A stretch of 64,000 bases of DNA, taken from assembly GCF_018350175.1 (NCBI RefSeq), contig NC_058368.1:119414001-119478000 (forward strand), read 5' to 3'. Below, in pieces: positions 48,891 to 61,289 of this stretch. Below the pieces are notes generated by a model that was given only the letters and a program-made list of their open reading frames with translations, made no database searches and was not told the origin of the DNA. The stretch's first letter is position 1. Each line of letters opens with the position of its first letter. This DNA is from Felis catus (taxonomy: Eukaryota). The position numbers and the translations under genes were made by a program.

Positions 48891-49931
48891 ATGTAAAGAT
48901 CTAGTGGCTTACCTGACAAGCCCATCAGCAAAAAACCTAGATGTGCTTTAATAAGCATGGTTAGAAACCTACTCAGAAATATAGAATTTCCACTAGTATT
49001 GAATAACTTTAGCTCCAGAAGTTTGTACTTAAGTCTATTTCTTTTTCCCATGTTCAAAATAGCATAATACATTGCCATTTGTTTGCTGGAGCTCAGACAT
49101 GATGCACTGCGTAACCTTGGCTTTTATTTAGGGAGGTTAATAAGTGCCATTTTTGCACCATTATTAACAAAATTGGCTGAATGGAGAGTGCTCAGAATGG
49201 GACAGCCATGAAGATAAAGGAACGCTAAAACGTCTTCCATTAAAACATGTTTGAGCACAGACTGAGCAAGGTACTCTGTGAGGAGATAAAGACATCATGG
49301 TGAACAAGACAGACCCAGGTCTGTCCTCAAGGAATCACACGGGGACCACTTTAAAGAAAGTGGGACCTGGAGAAGAGGTTGACACAGGATTTGGCTTACG
49401 TGAACTAAATGCAGTAGAAGGTAGAACACAGATCCAATTTATTCTGCGAGACTTTGGAAAATAAAATTAAGGCCAGTGAGTAAAGTCAGGGAGAGGAGGA
49501 TTCCAACTCTCTAGGAGCAATGGCTCTAAAAATTCTGGTTGTATAATTGTGATATAACTGTCTAAGGTGGTGTGTGTGGTACTGGGTTCTCTCTTTACTT
49601 AAATGCATGCAGCACTAGACATGCATTATTTCATTTTAACCTCAAAAACTCTGTGAGTTAACTGTAAATATAACGCCATTTTACATAGGAGGCAGCCGAA
49701 GTTTGGAGGTCATGACTTTAGAACACTGCAGAACCACCTTATCACTTACTACGCACTGTGACCGCTACCATCTCTCCATTAACAGGAAGGGTGAACAGAT
49801 GGTTGTGAAAAGATCTCTCTAAGTAAAGACAGAGTGAAAGAGAGCAGAACTTATAGCCCTGCTATAGTCCTCCTAACCTTCACATTCAAGTATTCTAGAT
49901 ACTTCCAGAATAAGAAAAACACATACTAAAT

Positions 49932-50733
49932 CATGAAAAGATGCTCAACGTCACTCCTCATCAGGGAAATACAAATCAAAACCACACTGAGATATCACCT
50001 CACGCTAGTCAGAGTGGCTAAAATGAACAAATCAGGAGACTATAGATGCTGGCGAGGATCTGGAGAAACGGGAACCCTCTTGCACTGTTGGTGGGAATGC
50101 AAACTGGTGCAGCCACTTTGGAAAACAGTGTGGAGGTTCCTCAAAAAATTAAAAATAGATCTACCCTATGACCCAGCAAGAGCACTGCTAGGAATTTACC
50201 CAAGGCATACAGGAGTGCTGATGCATAGTGGTACTTGTACCGCAATGTTTATAGCAGAGCTTTCAACAATAGCCAAATTATGGAAAGAGCCTAAATGTCC
50301 ATAAACCGATGAATGGATAAAGAAGATGTGGTTTATATACACAATGGAATACTACTTGGCAATAAGAAAGAATGAAATATGGCCTTTTGTTGCAACATGG
50401 GTGGAACTGGAGAGTGTTATGCTATGTGAAATAAGTCATACAGAGAAAGACAGATACCATATGTTTTCCCTCTTATGTGGATCCTGAGAAACTTAACAGA
50501 AGACCATGTGGGGGGGGGGAGGAAAAAAAAAGTTAGAGAGGGAGAGAGAGAGCCAAACCATAAGAGACTCTTAAAAACTGAGAATAAATTGTGGGTTCAT
50601 GGGGGGGTGGGAGGGAGGTGTGGGTGGGTGATGGGCATTGAGGAGGGCACCTGTTGGAATGAGCACTGGGTATTATATGGAAACCAATTTGACAATAAAT
50701 TTCATATTAAAAAATAAAGATAAAAAAATAAAA
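49932..50733 (+). mobile_element. 5'-truncated felid L1 (ORF2 end and 3'UTR)
   Basis: [25 protein letters not shown]...[23 protein letters not shown]; end ggaaaccaatttgacaataaatttcatatt plus A tail. Confidence 0.97.
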
Positions 50734-50739
50734 TATGTT

Positions 50740-50927
50740 TCAAATGACAAAATTGTAGAGACAGAGAACAGATTAGTGCTTGCCGTCAGTTGGGGGATAC
50801 ATGGTAAACGGATGTGTTTATAAAAAGGATCCTCATGATACAATTGTTCTGTATCTTGATGTGGTGGTAATTATAAATCTACAACAATGTACACATAATA
50901 AATCTACATAGGACTAAATATACACAG

Positions 50928-50965
<38 letters not shown>

Positions 50966-51160
50966 GTGCATGTAAAACTGGAGAAATCAAAATAAGGTTG
51001 GAGGATGTCAATTTCCAGGTAGTGATATTTATCCAAGATGTAATTATCCAAGATGTTACTACCGGGTAAGACTCCACAAGGGTATAGGCGTTTGATCACT
51101 CCATATTATTTCTTGCAAGTGCATGTGAATCTATGATTATCTCAAAATAAAAAGTTAAAA
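50740..51160 (+). mobile_element. Old L1MC/MD 3' end with (CA)n
   Basis: aaatgacaaaattgtagagacagagaacagattagtg...gcatgtgaatctatgattatctcaaaataaaaagtt. Confidence 0.85.
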
Positions 51161-51759
51161 ATATATGCGATTTAAACACATGAAAATGACTCTACAACAA
51201 CCGGTCCCTGCCCTACCCCTGCACCCTCTCCTCTACCCCATGCAACCCTACTGGGGGAAAACCTGGTTACTGCTGAGCGCTCTTCCTCTGTATTCCCAGG
51301 AATTAGTCTGAATTAAGAAATTTACCCCTAATTTTCTGTGTCCTGGAGACATTAGTAATTCCACTTAGTGCTTTTATTTACATTTCTCCACAACATTCAG
51401 GAGAGTGCCTTCTGGAAAGAGCATGCTGAAGAGATAACAGAAGCTCCAGTATTTGTAGTTCATGGAAACAGTGAGGGTAATGGAACCAAGGAGGAAAAAT
51501 CTGCATGACCAAACTATAAAATTAGATCCTTTTAGCATTTTATAAATACAGAATTTGAAGCTTGAATATTATCCCCAAACAAGACTGACTCAATTGTCCA
51601 ACTTTCCAAAGAGGATTTGGAGGACTGCTATCTTTTTATTCTGACCCTCTGTAAAACTAACGCATCCACATTATTTAAAAAACAACAACAAACTATAAAA
51701 ATCACCTATGATGCTGCCACTCAAATATAGACACCAATTGCACTTCTCTCACTCTTCTT

Positions 51760-52170
51760 AATCAGGACACTTGATTATAAGTGGCAGTCATTGAGACCTG
51801 CCACACTTCAGATACAACCAGAAATAGAGGCTCAAATGATCTGCTTAGGACTGATTCTCAGGCCTTCCAGCCCTTGGCTCTGTTTGCTTTTGTTTTGGTT
51901 CCATTCTCAGGCAGGTTTTTCCCTCTTGGTGGCAAACATGGCAGCCAGGGTCCAGGGTTCTGTCTCATATTTAGTCCATCCTAGGTGGAAAAAGAACTTC
52001 TCCTCACAGTCCCCAGAATGGATCTAATTAACTTGACTGGGAAAAGAAAGGATCTAATTAACTTGACTGGGCAAAGGGGCTATTTCTGAACTAATCACTA
52101 ACCATATAGTTAGATTGTCTTCATTTGCCGGGTCTGGGTCATGGACATGAAATCAGGGCAGGTGATGAGG
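51760..52170 (-). mobile_element. Old MaLR LTR (MLT1K/L-like)
   Basis: ttccattctcaggcagg...ggtggcaaacatggcagcc...tctgaactaatcact reverse MLT1 motifs. Confidence 0.6.
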
Positions 52171-52437
52171 CTATAGGATCAGAGCTCTTTTACCAATATA
52201 GTTTATTATGTTATGTTTTAGTGATCACTAACTCACCTATAAATAAATTTTGTTTTCTCTTCTTTTGCCCTGATTTCATTGTGGTAAGGATAACATCTTA
52301 AACACAAAGAAAAGATGCACATAAATATAAGACCACTATTGTCAAGCTGATATCCACTTAGGACAACAAATCATTATAGTTGGGGGGATAAGATAACTTT
52401 TCATATGCTGAGACTAAGAATCAGAATTGGCTATTAG

Positions 52438-52610
52438 TTTTTGTTTTCAGTATATGAAATTTATTGTCAAATTGGTTTCCATACAACACCCAGTGCTCAT
52501 CCCAAAAGGTGCCCTCCTCAATACCCATCACCCACCCTCCCCTCCCTCCCACCCCCCATCAACCCTCAGTTTGTTCTCAGTTTTTAAGAGTCTCTTATGC
52601 TTTGGCTCTC
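52438..52610 (-). mobile_element. Felid L1 3' tip (~170 bp)
   Basis: atatgaaatttattgtcaaattggtttccatacaacacccagtgctcatccc...aagagtctcttatgctttggctctc. Confidence 0.96.
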
Positions 52611-52765
52611 AAGAGTACATAAGACATTAACAAAAAAGAGATCGAAGCAGACAATAAAATAAGAGACTATCACTGTACATCTCAACAATTTACAAACTTT
52701 GAGTCATGATTTATTTGGGGGCCACACAAGTTAGAGAATCATGACAAATTTAAGGAACGGAAACA

Positions 52766-52990
52766 GGGTGCCTGGGTGGCTCAGTCGGTTATGCTTCCAA
52801 CTCTTGATTTCTACTCAGGTCATGATCTCATGGTTTGTGAGTTGGAGCCCCAATTTGAGCTCTGCACTGACTGTGTGGAGCCTGCTTGGGATTCTCTCTC
52901 TCTTCTCTCTCTGCTCCTCCTTCGCTTGTGCTTGCCCTCTCCCCTCCTCCCAAAACAAATAAGCATTAAAAAAAAAAGAAGGAAAAAAAA
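52766..52990 (+). mobile_element. Can-SINE, older subfamily
   Basis: gggtgcctgggtggctcagtcggtt head, CT tract and A tail. Confidence 0.94.
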
Positions 52991-53719
52991 GGAAATAGAG
53001 TAGAAAATATGAAAGTGCAGCACATATGGTGAAATTAAGAATAGTTTCATAAAACTTTGGTTACAATTTATGTGTGGGCACAGACATACATGGACATGCT
53101 CTGGGTCACAAGGTAAAATATATTTTACCACAGATGGAATTAAGTGAAATCACTATTGTCATTGGTATAATTGTAGCTAGTATCTAAAACATTAAAGAGG
53201 AAAGTCCACTTGACATAGTCTGTACTGAGTATGAGTCACCACAGAACGAACACCTCCTCAACATTCAAGTCCCACAAAGCCTGACAGGGTCAATGACTTG
53301 CATTGTGCTGGAATCATCTGGTTTAGATTTACTGACAATTCTAACCAGATTTGGAATGAATCTCACAGATCTACATGTGTTTTCCTTGCCAGCTTGCTAA
53401 ATGTCCTTGGTAAACGTTGGAGTTTCCAAGGAACATTGGTCAAGGTATGTCACCTTACCTTTAAAATAAGCACAATTTTTATTCCTCTACTAGGAGTAGT
53501 GTCAACATAACTGAACATGCAAGCAAATTTTAAACTGGCTGAAATGCCTTCATTAAATGCTTTACACATTATCTAATATCCAATTATATGCTCTCTCTGA
53601 TCATTTCTTACAGTGACTTGTGGAATTTATGTTCATGCACAGAAATGGTGTAGAGTTCTAGCAGAGCCCGAGTGGTCTGAACTGTCTAAAAGGACTTCCT
53701 GTCTACCTAATCAGAATAG

Positions 53720-54290
53720 TGCCAGCTCCTTAGGAGTCCCCTCATAATCATCATTTCCCTCTCCCATTCTAAAAAGAAATACCTATATTTTTCAATCTGT
53801 TGCAAACTTATATATACACAAGCTCATTACCCCATCTCATCACTGGATTCCCACTGCCTCCCCTTCCCCATACAGAAATTCTGTAGCTGCCTCTCTCATA
53901 TTTCTTCATAATCCCAGTAACTCAGTGGAGAATCCGATCTGCCTTTCTTCAATCTCTAGCAGCCTTCACAATACCTTTCAGATAATAAATAAAGTTGAAA
54001 TCGGCCAACGTTCCTTTCCACCATAGGCCCAAGGACAATGATTTTGAAATCTTTATCCCCAGGCTTTCAAAGGCCGGGCCTGTAAAGCCAAATATTCACA
54101 AGATGTTCTCCATTTTGACATCCTTCAGACTCAGCAAGTCTGAACTCGAACTCTTTCTGTCCCCCAGAACAGCTGTTTTCTCCTACAGACTTTCCTGTGT
54201 CTGATAGGACCCAGTGTTCTCCCAAGATTCCTTGGTATAGATACTTATACTCCAATCTTCATCATCTTGGATTCCTTCTTTGGAATTAGA
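53720..54290 (+). mobile_element. L2 body fragment
   Basis: Pyrimidine-rich; ccttcagactcagcaagtctgaactcgaactc resembles the L2 motif ctcaacatgtccaaaactgaactc. Confidence 0.55.
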
Positions 54291-54342
54291 GGAGCTCATT
54301 GGGGAGAGCAAGTGGTTTCATAATTTTCCATTATTTTTAAAA

Positions 54343-54561
54343 ATTTTTTCTAATGCTTACTTATTTTTGAGAGAGCAAGAGAGAGCGCGAGAGAGCATGT
54401 GTGGGGGAGGGGCAGAGAGAGAGGGAGACACAGAATCCGAAGCAGGCTCCAGGCTCTGAGCTGTCAGCACAGAGCCCGACACGGGGCTTGAATCCAGGGA
54501 CCTGAGATCATGACCTGAGCCGAAGTCAGACGCCCAACCGACTGAGCCACCCAGGAGCCCC
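54343..54561 (-). mobile_element. Can-SINE (SINEC_Fc)
   Basis: Full body; TSD ttccattatttttaaaa (54326-54342) vs ttctgttattttttaaaa (54562-54579). Confidence 0.96.
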
Positions 54562-55609
54562 TTCTGTTATTTTTTAAAACAAAGCCAATCCTCCTTCTCA
54601 CTCTCCTGTCATTATTACTTGTGTGTGACTATATTATTTCATTTCATATTTAAGTCCCTACTATAGCCCTGAATGTTTGGGGCTACTAGATAAAACTAAA
54701 GAAGACCGATTTCCTCATCAACTAAGACTGTTTGTTGCTACCTGGAAGGCTATGTCAGGAAAGACTGGTGGTCACAACCAGGGCCTGTAGTCAGTTAGTG
54801 AGGTTTGCTGGGGGCTTGAGAAGGACAGATGGTGACTTATATGTCATCCTGAGTTGAAGCTGGAATCAATCAAGGACAACCTTAAGTCAACAGTCAATTG
54901 GGCATCTGCACGGTATTGGAATGGTGGGTAATTAAGGCTTTTTGCATAAAAGTAGCTATTTTGCCATTCTGTCTCAATAATGAAATTCCAGGATGAGCAA
55001 TTTATAAAGACTTTTTGAGGGCTTCCACTGCTGAAAAAAATTGTGGAAAACTCTCATTATTAAAATATTACAACTATTGCCCTTATTCTGGAAAAGGTAA
55101 TGGATTTAAGTTATTATCAGCAAACATCTCAGGAGACACAAATCTATCAGATTGCTCTTCAAGCTTGAGTGTGAATGACAAAAATGATCCTGTGTATTGA
55201 AATACCAGAAATAATCAGTAGGAAGAAAAAGTGCGAGCCAGAAGGATACAACTAGGAGTGGGCACAGAGAAATGAAAGAGAGATCGAACGGCCATAAGGA
55301 TGTGTTTCTGCCTAAAACTGACCGCCCTCCCACCCACCAAAACAACAAACAAAAACCTTTTTAAAAGAGTAACAAAAAGTAAAGGGAAAAAGGAAAGTAA
55401 ACTAAACAAATAAAAAATTATGAAGGTAAAAACCAACCCTGGTAAGACTCACTCCGCAAAGGCTCCAGCTCTATCTGCTGATAGGGCAGCAGCAGGTACA
55501 TCCAAGGAGCACAGACTTCTTGAATCCTATTCAAGGTAGAAATGGTTTTGCACCTGCTAAATGGAAAAAGGGCTTTAGTCCTGTTAGACTGTGGTGCTGA
55601 TGGCTACAA

Positions 55610-55820
55610 TAGCGATAAATATAATGGTAAGCACTCCTGTGTGTTCCATGTCTCAACACCGTGCCGAACTGCATGCACGGGATTGTGGTCTGTGAGGTAT
55701 CGCTTTTCTAACTCTAATGTACAGCTGGACTTCAGGAGTTGGCTGAGTCCCACAGTGAGTAAATGACAAAGGCAGAATTTGAACCCAAGTCTGTGTGAGG
55801 CTAAAGCTCATTTCCTCCTT
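55610..55820 (-). mobile_element. MIR
   Basis: cacagtgagtaaatgacaaaggcagaatttgaacccaagtctgtgtga. Confidence 0.78.
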
Positions 55821-56419
55821 CCTCCCTTCCCATGACCCCTTCCAGCTGCTTATGGAGTCTTAGGTAACTGTCCACATCAGTTCCGGGGCTCAGACAAGAT
55901 GATGTGTACATGCAGAAAACGAGAGGGGGGGGCTAAAGCTCCACGGCATGAAATGTGGTTTTCCCATTGTTTATGCTTAAATGAGACCCTCTGGACTAAA
56001 AGGCTCTCATTTCCGCACTTTGTGTGGATATATAAATTGTTCCAAAATGGGATTCACGCGACATGTACACAGCAACATTAACCCTGAATCTCTCAGTGGG
56101 AAAAATCCTGTAAACTGATGCTAATATTCATGTTGGCACAGGATAATATGGACAAACCAAAGAAAATGCTTTCTGTTTTGTGTACCTTGTATAAACAGAT
56201 GTTTGAAACTTTACTTTGCCTACGTTTACCAAGGATATAAATGGACCTAATTAAACTGAAATTCCATGGAAAGCTTTCCAAAGCCCCTAGTTTACTCATC
56301 CAGTATAAACACCGTAAATGAGTAAAATACAGTGGATTAAACAATTTAAATATAGAATCGAGGTTCCTTAAATTCAAGAAATACAGTATTCCAGCTGCAC
56401 TGAGAGACCTAAAGTGACT

Positions 56420-57237
56420 AAAGTTTTTTTTTTTATATACACATATACTGGAAAAGCAAATAATATAGAAAAGTACATGGTATAAAAAACCCCAAGAATT
56501 AACTAATATTAACATTCAGCCATATGTACTCCTAAAATTGTTTTTCATAAAGAGAGAATAAAACGTTACAGAAAAAGCTGGAGGATTTTATACCCCTCCC
56601 CTCGCCCATATCCCCCTCTCCTTCCCTCTCTCCTGAGAGACGGCTTCTCTTTGGAATTTGGTGGGCATCCTTCTAATCCGTGTTTGTATAGATTACTAGG
56701 TAGCCAGAAACCAAATATTATATTACTGTTTCTGATTTTAAATTTTACAAAACTGGTCTATTATATATGGCACATTCTGTTATTTGCCTTTTTTTTTTTT
56801 TTTTGCTAAGTGTGGCATCCATCCAGCTTAATACATAAAAATCTTTTATGTTAACTGCCATATCATATCCCATTTTTTAATGACATCAGAGTTTCTTACT
56901 CCCTTATCAATGATGTTTAGTGCTTCCCCCTCCCCTATTTTTTCTATTATGAACATGGCTTCTTGTGTACATGTACCTGTGCTTTTCCAGGGTACATACC
57001 TGGTTGTGAGATTGCTGGCTTGTAGGCGTTTGCATTTTCAACTCTGCTAGATAATTGCCAAATTGCTCTCCAAAATGATTGTGCCATTTTACACTCCCAC
57101 CAGCAATGCACCAGGGTTCCTGTTTCTAACAGACTTACTAACACTTCAAGTTGTCTGATTTTTTGAATTTCAGAGTCCTGATTTTAATTTCTTATTTTTG
57201 CCAGCCTTTAGGTTGTGTACAGCGTATATCATAGTAG
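56420..57237 (-). mobile_element. Old L1M (ORF2 end and 3'UTR)
   Basis: Minus ORF GTLVHCWWECKMAQSFWRAIW; ttgccaaattgctctccaaaatgattgtgccattttacactcccaccagcaatg. Confidence 0.85.
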
Positions 57238-57666
57238 CACCGGGCAGGCATTTTTATTATTATTAACAACAAACACAACATATGCAATGCTGATACCTTG
57301 AAGCCATTTGTAGCCAATATATATTAAATGCATTTGGTATAACAGAACAAAACAAGTATTTCTTTTCATAGAGCTTTACTGAATCAATCACTAGGCAATA
57401 TGCACAGGCTTGGAAAGTGTAATTGTTGTTTTATGTTAGTTTCCTTTGCTTGCAACATCCGCTGCTTTTTTTTTTTTTATCAGTATTTGGCACCGCACTG
57501 ACAATGACTTGTTCTCTCTTATTTGTATTCAGACAATCTTTGCTTGGTACAGAGGCATAGCAGCTGTTTAACCTAACCATCCCTGAGAGACTGTATTAAT
57601 GTTATAGTCATTACTACATACATAGTCTTGGAAAACTTTCTGATATAAAGATACAATGTCAGGCTC

Positions 57667-57679
57667 AAGAAGAAAGAAA

Positions 57680-57755
<76 letters not shown>

Positions 57756-57791
57756 AGGAAGGAAGGAAGGAAGGAAGGAAGGAAGGAAGGA

Positions 57792-57838
<47 letters not shown>

Positions 57839-57840
57839 GG
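57667..57840. repeat. Compound (GAAA)n(GGAA)n(GAAA)n tetranucleotide, 174-bp pure purine tract
   Basis: No pyrimidine on the + strand between 57667 and 57840. Confidence 0.98.
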
Positions 57841-59674
57841 TGAGATAGCAAAAGGGATGTTACAAAATAGACTCTCCCTCTTTACACCTAGCGTTTGAAG
57901 TCAATATTTTCCATTACATCTGGTTGTGATGATGAAATATATAACATCTCAGCTGATAATATCTGCGTGGCTGATCCATAAAAATGTACTTCTGTGGTTT
58001 GATATTGATCTACTTTTCTTTCACCTTTAGACATATGAATGGGATTACAAGTTCATAAAGAGGGAAAGACACCCAACTACACAGTGTTTAAGCATGTCAT
58101 TCAAAAGACAAATGCAACACTTAGAAGCTGAAGAAAGGAAAAATAAATATCATGACTTCCCCTGCCCCCTACTTTTATCCTCTTTGTGGGAGTAAGAATA
58201 ATGGTAGGCCAAAAAAAAAGAGTATGAACAACAGAATTTTAGAGATTCAGAGGTTATTGGAGAACATCCAGTCGAATGCTTTCATTTTGCAGCTGGAAAA
58301 TCTGGGCATTAAAATAACTTTCTAAGGCACACTTTGCACTTCATTACTCTGACTCTTCTTGTTTTCTCCATGAAAAGGAAGAAGTCCTTTCTCCTTTCAT
58401 AACGAAATGTCTGAGCTTGGGTGGCTTCAATTACCTGATCACTGGAGCCTCACACTCAAACCCACCCTAATACATCAGTGGTTTTCCTCTGAAGTAGCAT
58501 TAATGACTGAGCAAAGTGACCACTTACTGGGAGAAGTTTTCAATTTTATTTTGAAAACCCACATGAATTTTGCACTTCATAGCATGATACAACTGTTCTT
58601 GTTTTAATTTAAAAACACCCCAAATCTTTGAGTAAAACTGGTTCTCTCGGAAGAATGCCCAGGTCTGGCCCTTTCTTTCATTTAGCAAAGATTTATTGAG
58701 AACCATTTATCTGTTGAGAAAACAAGAGAAGTCACTTTTCCTCTTGGCATGAGCCATAAAATCACAAAGCACATAATTAGAAATAATTACACAAAGAAGT
58801 GGCGGGTGCTGTGTCTAGAAGGGAGAATCAAATCAGCCTGGGATGGTTAGGAAAAGTGATGGTTAAGGTAAACATTGAGTAAGAGGCAGCTTTGAATACT
58901 GTGTGGCTTAGGTTCATTAGGTTAAGAAAAACAGCATGTAATTTTTCACCTTGGTCTTTGCTAAAAGGTAAGTAATAACGTTTTTGTAATGCATTGGGCT
59001 TTGGTTTTTTTCTGCATAGAATTTTAATTCAAATAAAATTTATATGGTTTAAATTATTTATTGTTTTGGGGTTTTGGTATGTTTTCCTCCCCATTGGCAT
59101 ATTAGTTGCTTAAATGTGAGCTCGAAAATCTTGGGGTATGCAAATGCTGAGGGTGATCCTGGATTTTAAGGTGGGGAGGGAAATAACCCAGAAGAAAGAA
59201 TTACATGGATGCCCTTGACAAACTGAACTTCATTGCTTAAGCAACAAACTAAATCTCTGCTATACTGACCACTGTTTTCAATTCCACAATGTTCTTTAAA
59301 ATCCAAACTCTGCCCTGCTTCTTCAATCTCAGTAAAACACGAATGGTACAATGGAGCTAACTAGTAATTAATTTTCTTAGGTATATATTTTGTTGGACTC
59401 TTTTGTCATGTTCATTTACATAAAGAGATGAAGCTTTCAGCTGATGGTGAAGACTGTTTGCTAAAGGTCCTAGATTTTCATTATTTTAGAAAATGAGTTA
59501 AGAATGATGAAGAAACATGGATGACAATTAGCTGATTCTGTGTTGGGTCCTCTCATGGAACCAGATGGTTTAATGATGCATGTAAATAGATCATTTACTT
59601 CATTTGGAAATATGAAAGTTGAATAAAGAATTAGACATTTTTTACTAAGGTGCATTTACCAATGGGCTCTAATT

Positions 59675-59909
59675 CATTTATTTTTACATATTTTTTATTT
59701 AAAAAATTTTTTTTAATGTTTATTTATTTTTGAGAGAGAGACAGAGCACGAGCGGGGGAGGAGCAGAGAGAGAGGGAGACACAGAATCTGAAACAGGCTC
59801 CAGGCTCTGAGCTGTCAGCACAGAGCCCGACACAGGGCTCGAACCCACAAACCGTGAGATCATGACCTGAGCCGAAGCCGGATGTTCAATAGAGCCACAC
59901 AGGTGCCCC
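59675..59909 (-). mobile_element. Can-SINE (SINEC_Fc)
   Basis: TSD aatgggctctaatt (59661-59674) vs aatgggttctaatt (59910-59923). Confidence 0.96.
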
Positions 59910-59990
59910 AATGGGTTCTAATTTAATACAGAGTGAAATTAAGGGACTTAAATTATTTTGGTCAGCTGGCGATGCAGCTTAGAATCTAGC

Positions 59991-60378
59991 TCCTGGGGAC
60001 TGAATGTTTGTGTCCCTACTCAAACTCATATGTTGAAGCTCTAACTCCCACTGTGATGGTATTTGAGGTAGGGCTTTTGGGAGGTAACTAGGTTTAGATA
60101 AACTCAAGAGCATAGGGCTCTCATGGAATTAGCTTTCTTATAAGAAGAGAAAGAGACCAGAGGGCCCTCTCTCTTTCTCTCTCAATTTCTCTCTGACAAT
60201 TAAAGACACAGTGAGAAGAAGTCATCTGCAAGCCAAGAAGAGGGCCCTTACCAGGAAAAAATCTGTTAGCACCTTGATCTAGAATTTCCCAGCAGCCAGA
60301 ATTGTGAGAAAATAAATTTCTGTTGTTTTTAAGTCACCCGGCCTATGGCATTTTGTTATAGTAACTTAAGCTAAGACA
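59991..60378 (+). mobile_element. MaLR solo LTR, MLT1A-like, full length
   Basis: gactgaatgtttgtgtccc...catatgttgaag...aataaatttctgttg...ctatggcattttgttatagt...ctaagaca; 5-bp TSD ctagc / ctaac. Confidence 0.9.
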
Positions 60379-61289
60379 CTAACTTACTTATTTTTTCTTG
60401 TCTTTTAAAAATCAAATTTAAAATAATAGTTATAAGTAGCAACTATTGATTTTATTTGGTTTTCTGAAAATATTTGCACCTATAACTGGGAAAAATAGCA
60501 TCCCATTGTATGTCATAGCATTGCTTCTTGTTTTATGGAAAGTTATGGATTGATTTTACCATTGAAAATGACAGATTTCTGCCCCATTGAACATTAAACA
60601 CTGTTTCCTTCTTTTCATGCTAACATACTTCAACGTTTCGCATGTTTATTATGGTAAATACCCATAATATTGGTAGAGAGATTTTAGCCAGGTAACCAAA
60701 AGGTTTACCAAATCATGTTCTTCAACAATGGGTATGACATGATGCCATGCCAATGTATTCATTACAACATTGTATTTTGTATCACAAACAGAGAAAAGCA
60801 TTACAGTTCCTTATAAACGATTATCTGAAAAATATCCTCCTGAAACCTGACAGTCAGAATAGCACAGATAAAAGAAGCATTTCCATATAAATTACTGTGA
60901 TAAAGATGAAAATTAAAATATTTCTGTAATCTCAGATTAATAATTAGCATCTTAGCTTTAAACTACTTATGCAGAATACCCTGGTAAAAACAATAAATAT
61001 TAAAGGAATGATAAAAGGAGAGGAGGCATTATACATTTGCCTCCTGAACCAGCAAAACACGATGCCCTGTACCTAGCTACCTTACAACATTGTATTTTGT
61101 AATTCTTTTCTGAGAAAGTATCATGTGGTTGACTCTAACTGGAAGTTTCCTAGCTGAAGAGGAAACTGGGAAATGTAGTTTTTGAATTCTACCTTGTAAT
61201 GAAGGGATTCAAAATGTAGAAATATCAAAACATAGTAAAGGTGTCCAAAAATTTTGAGTAACCCCTAATGACTAATGTCCTTTTTGATA

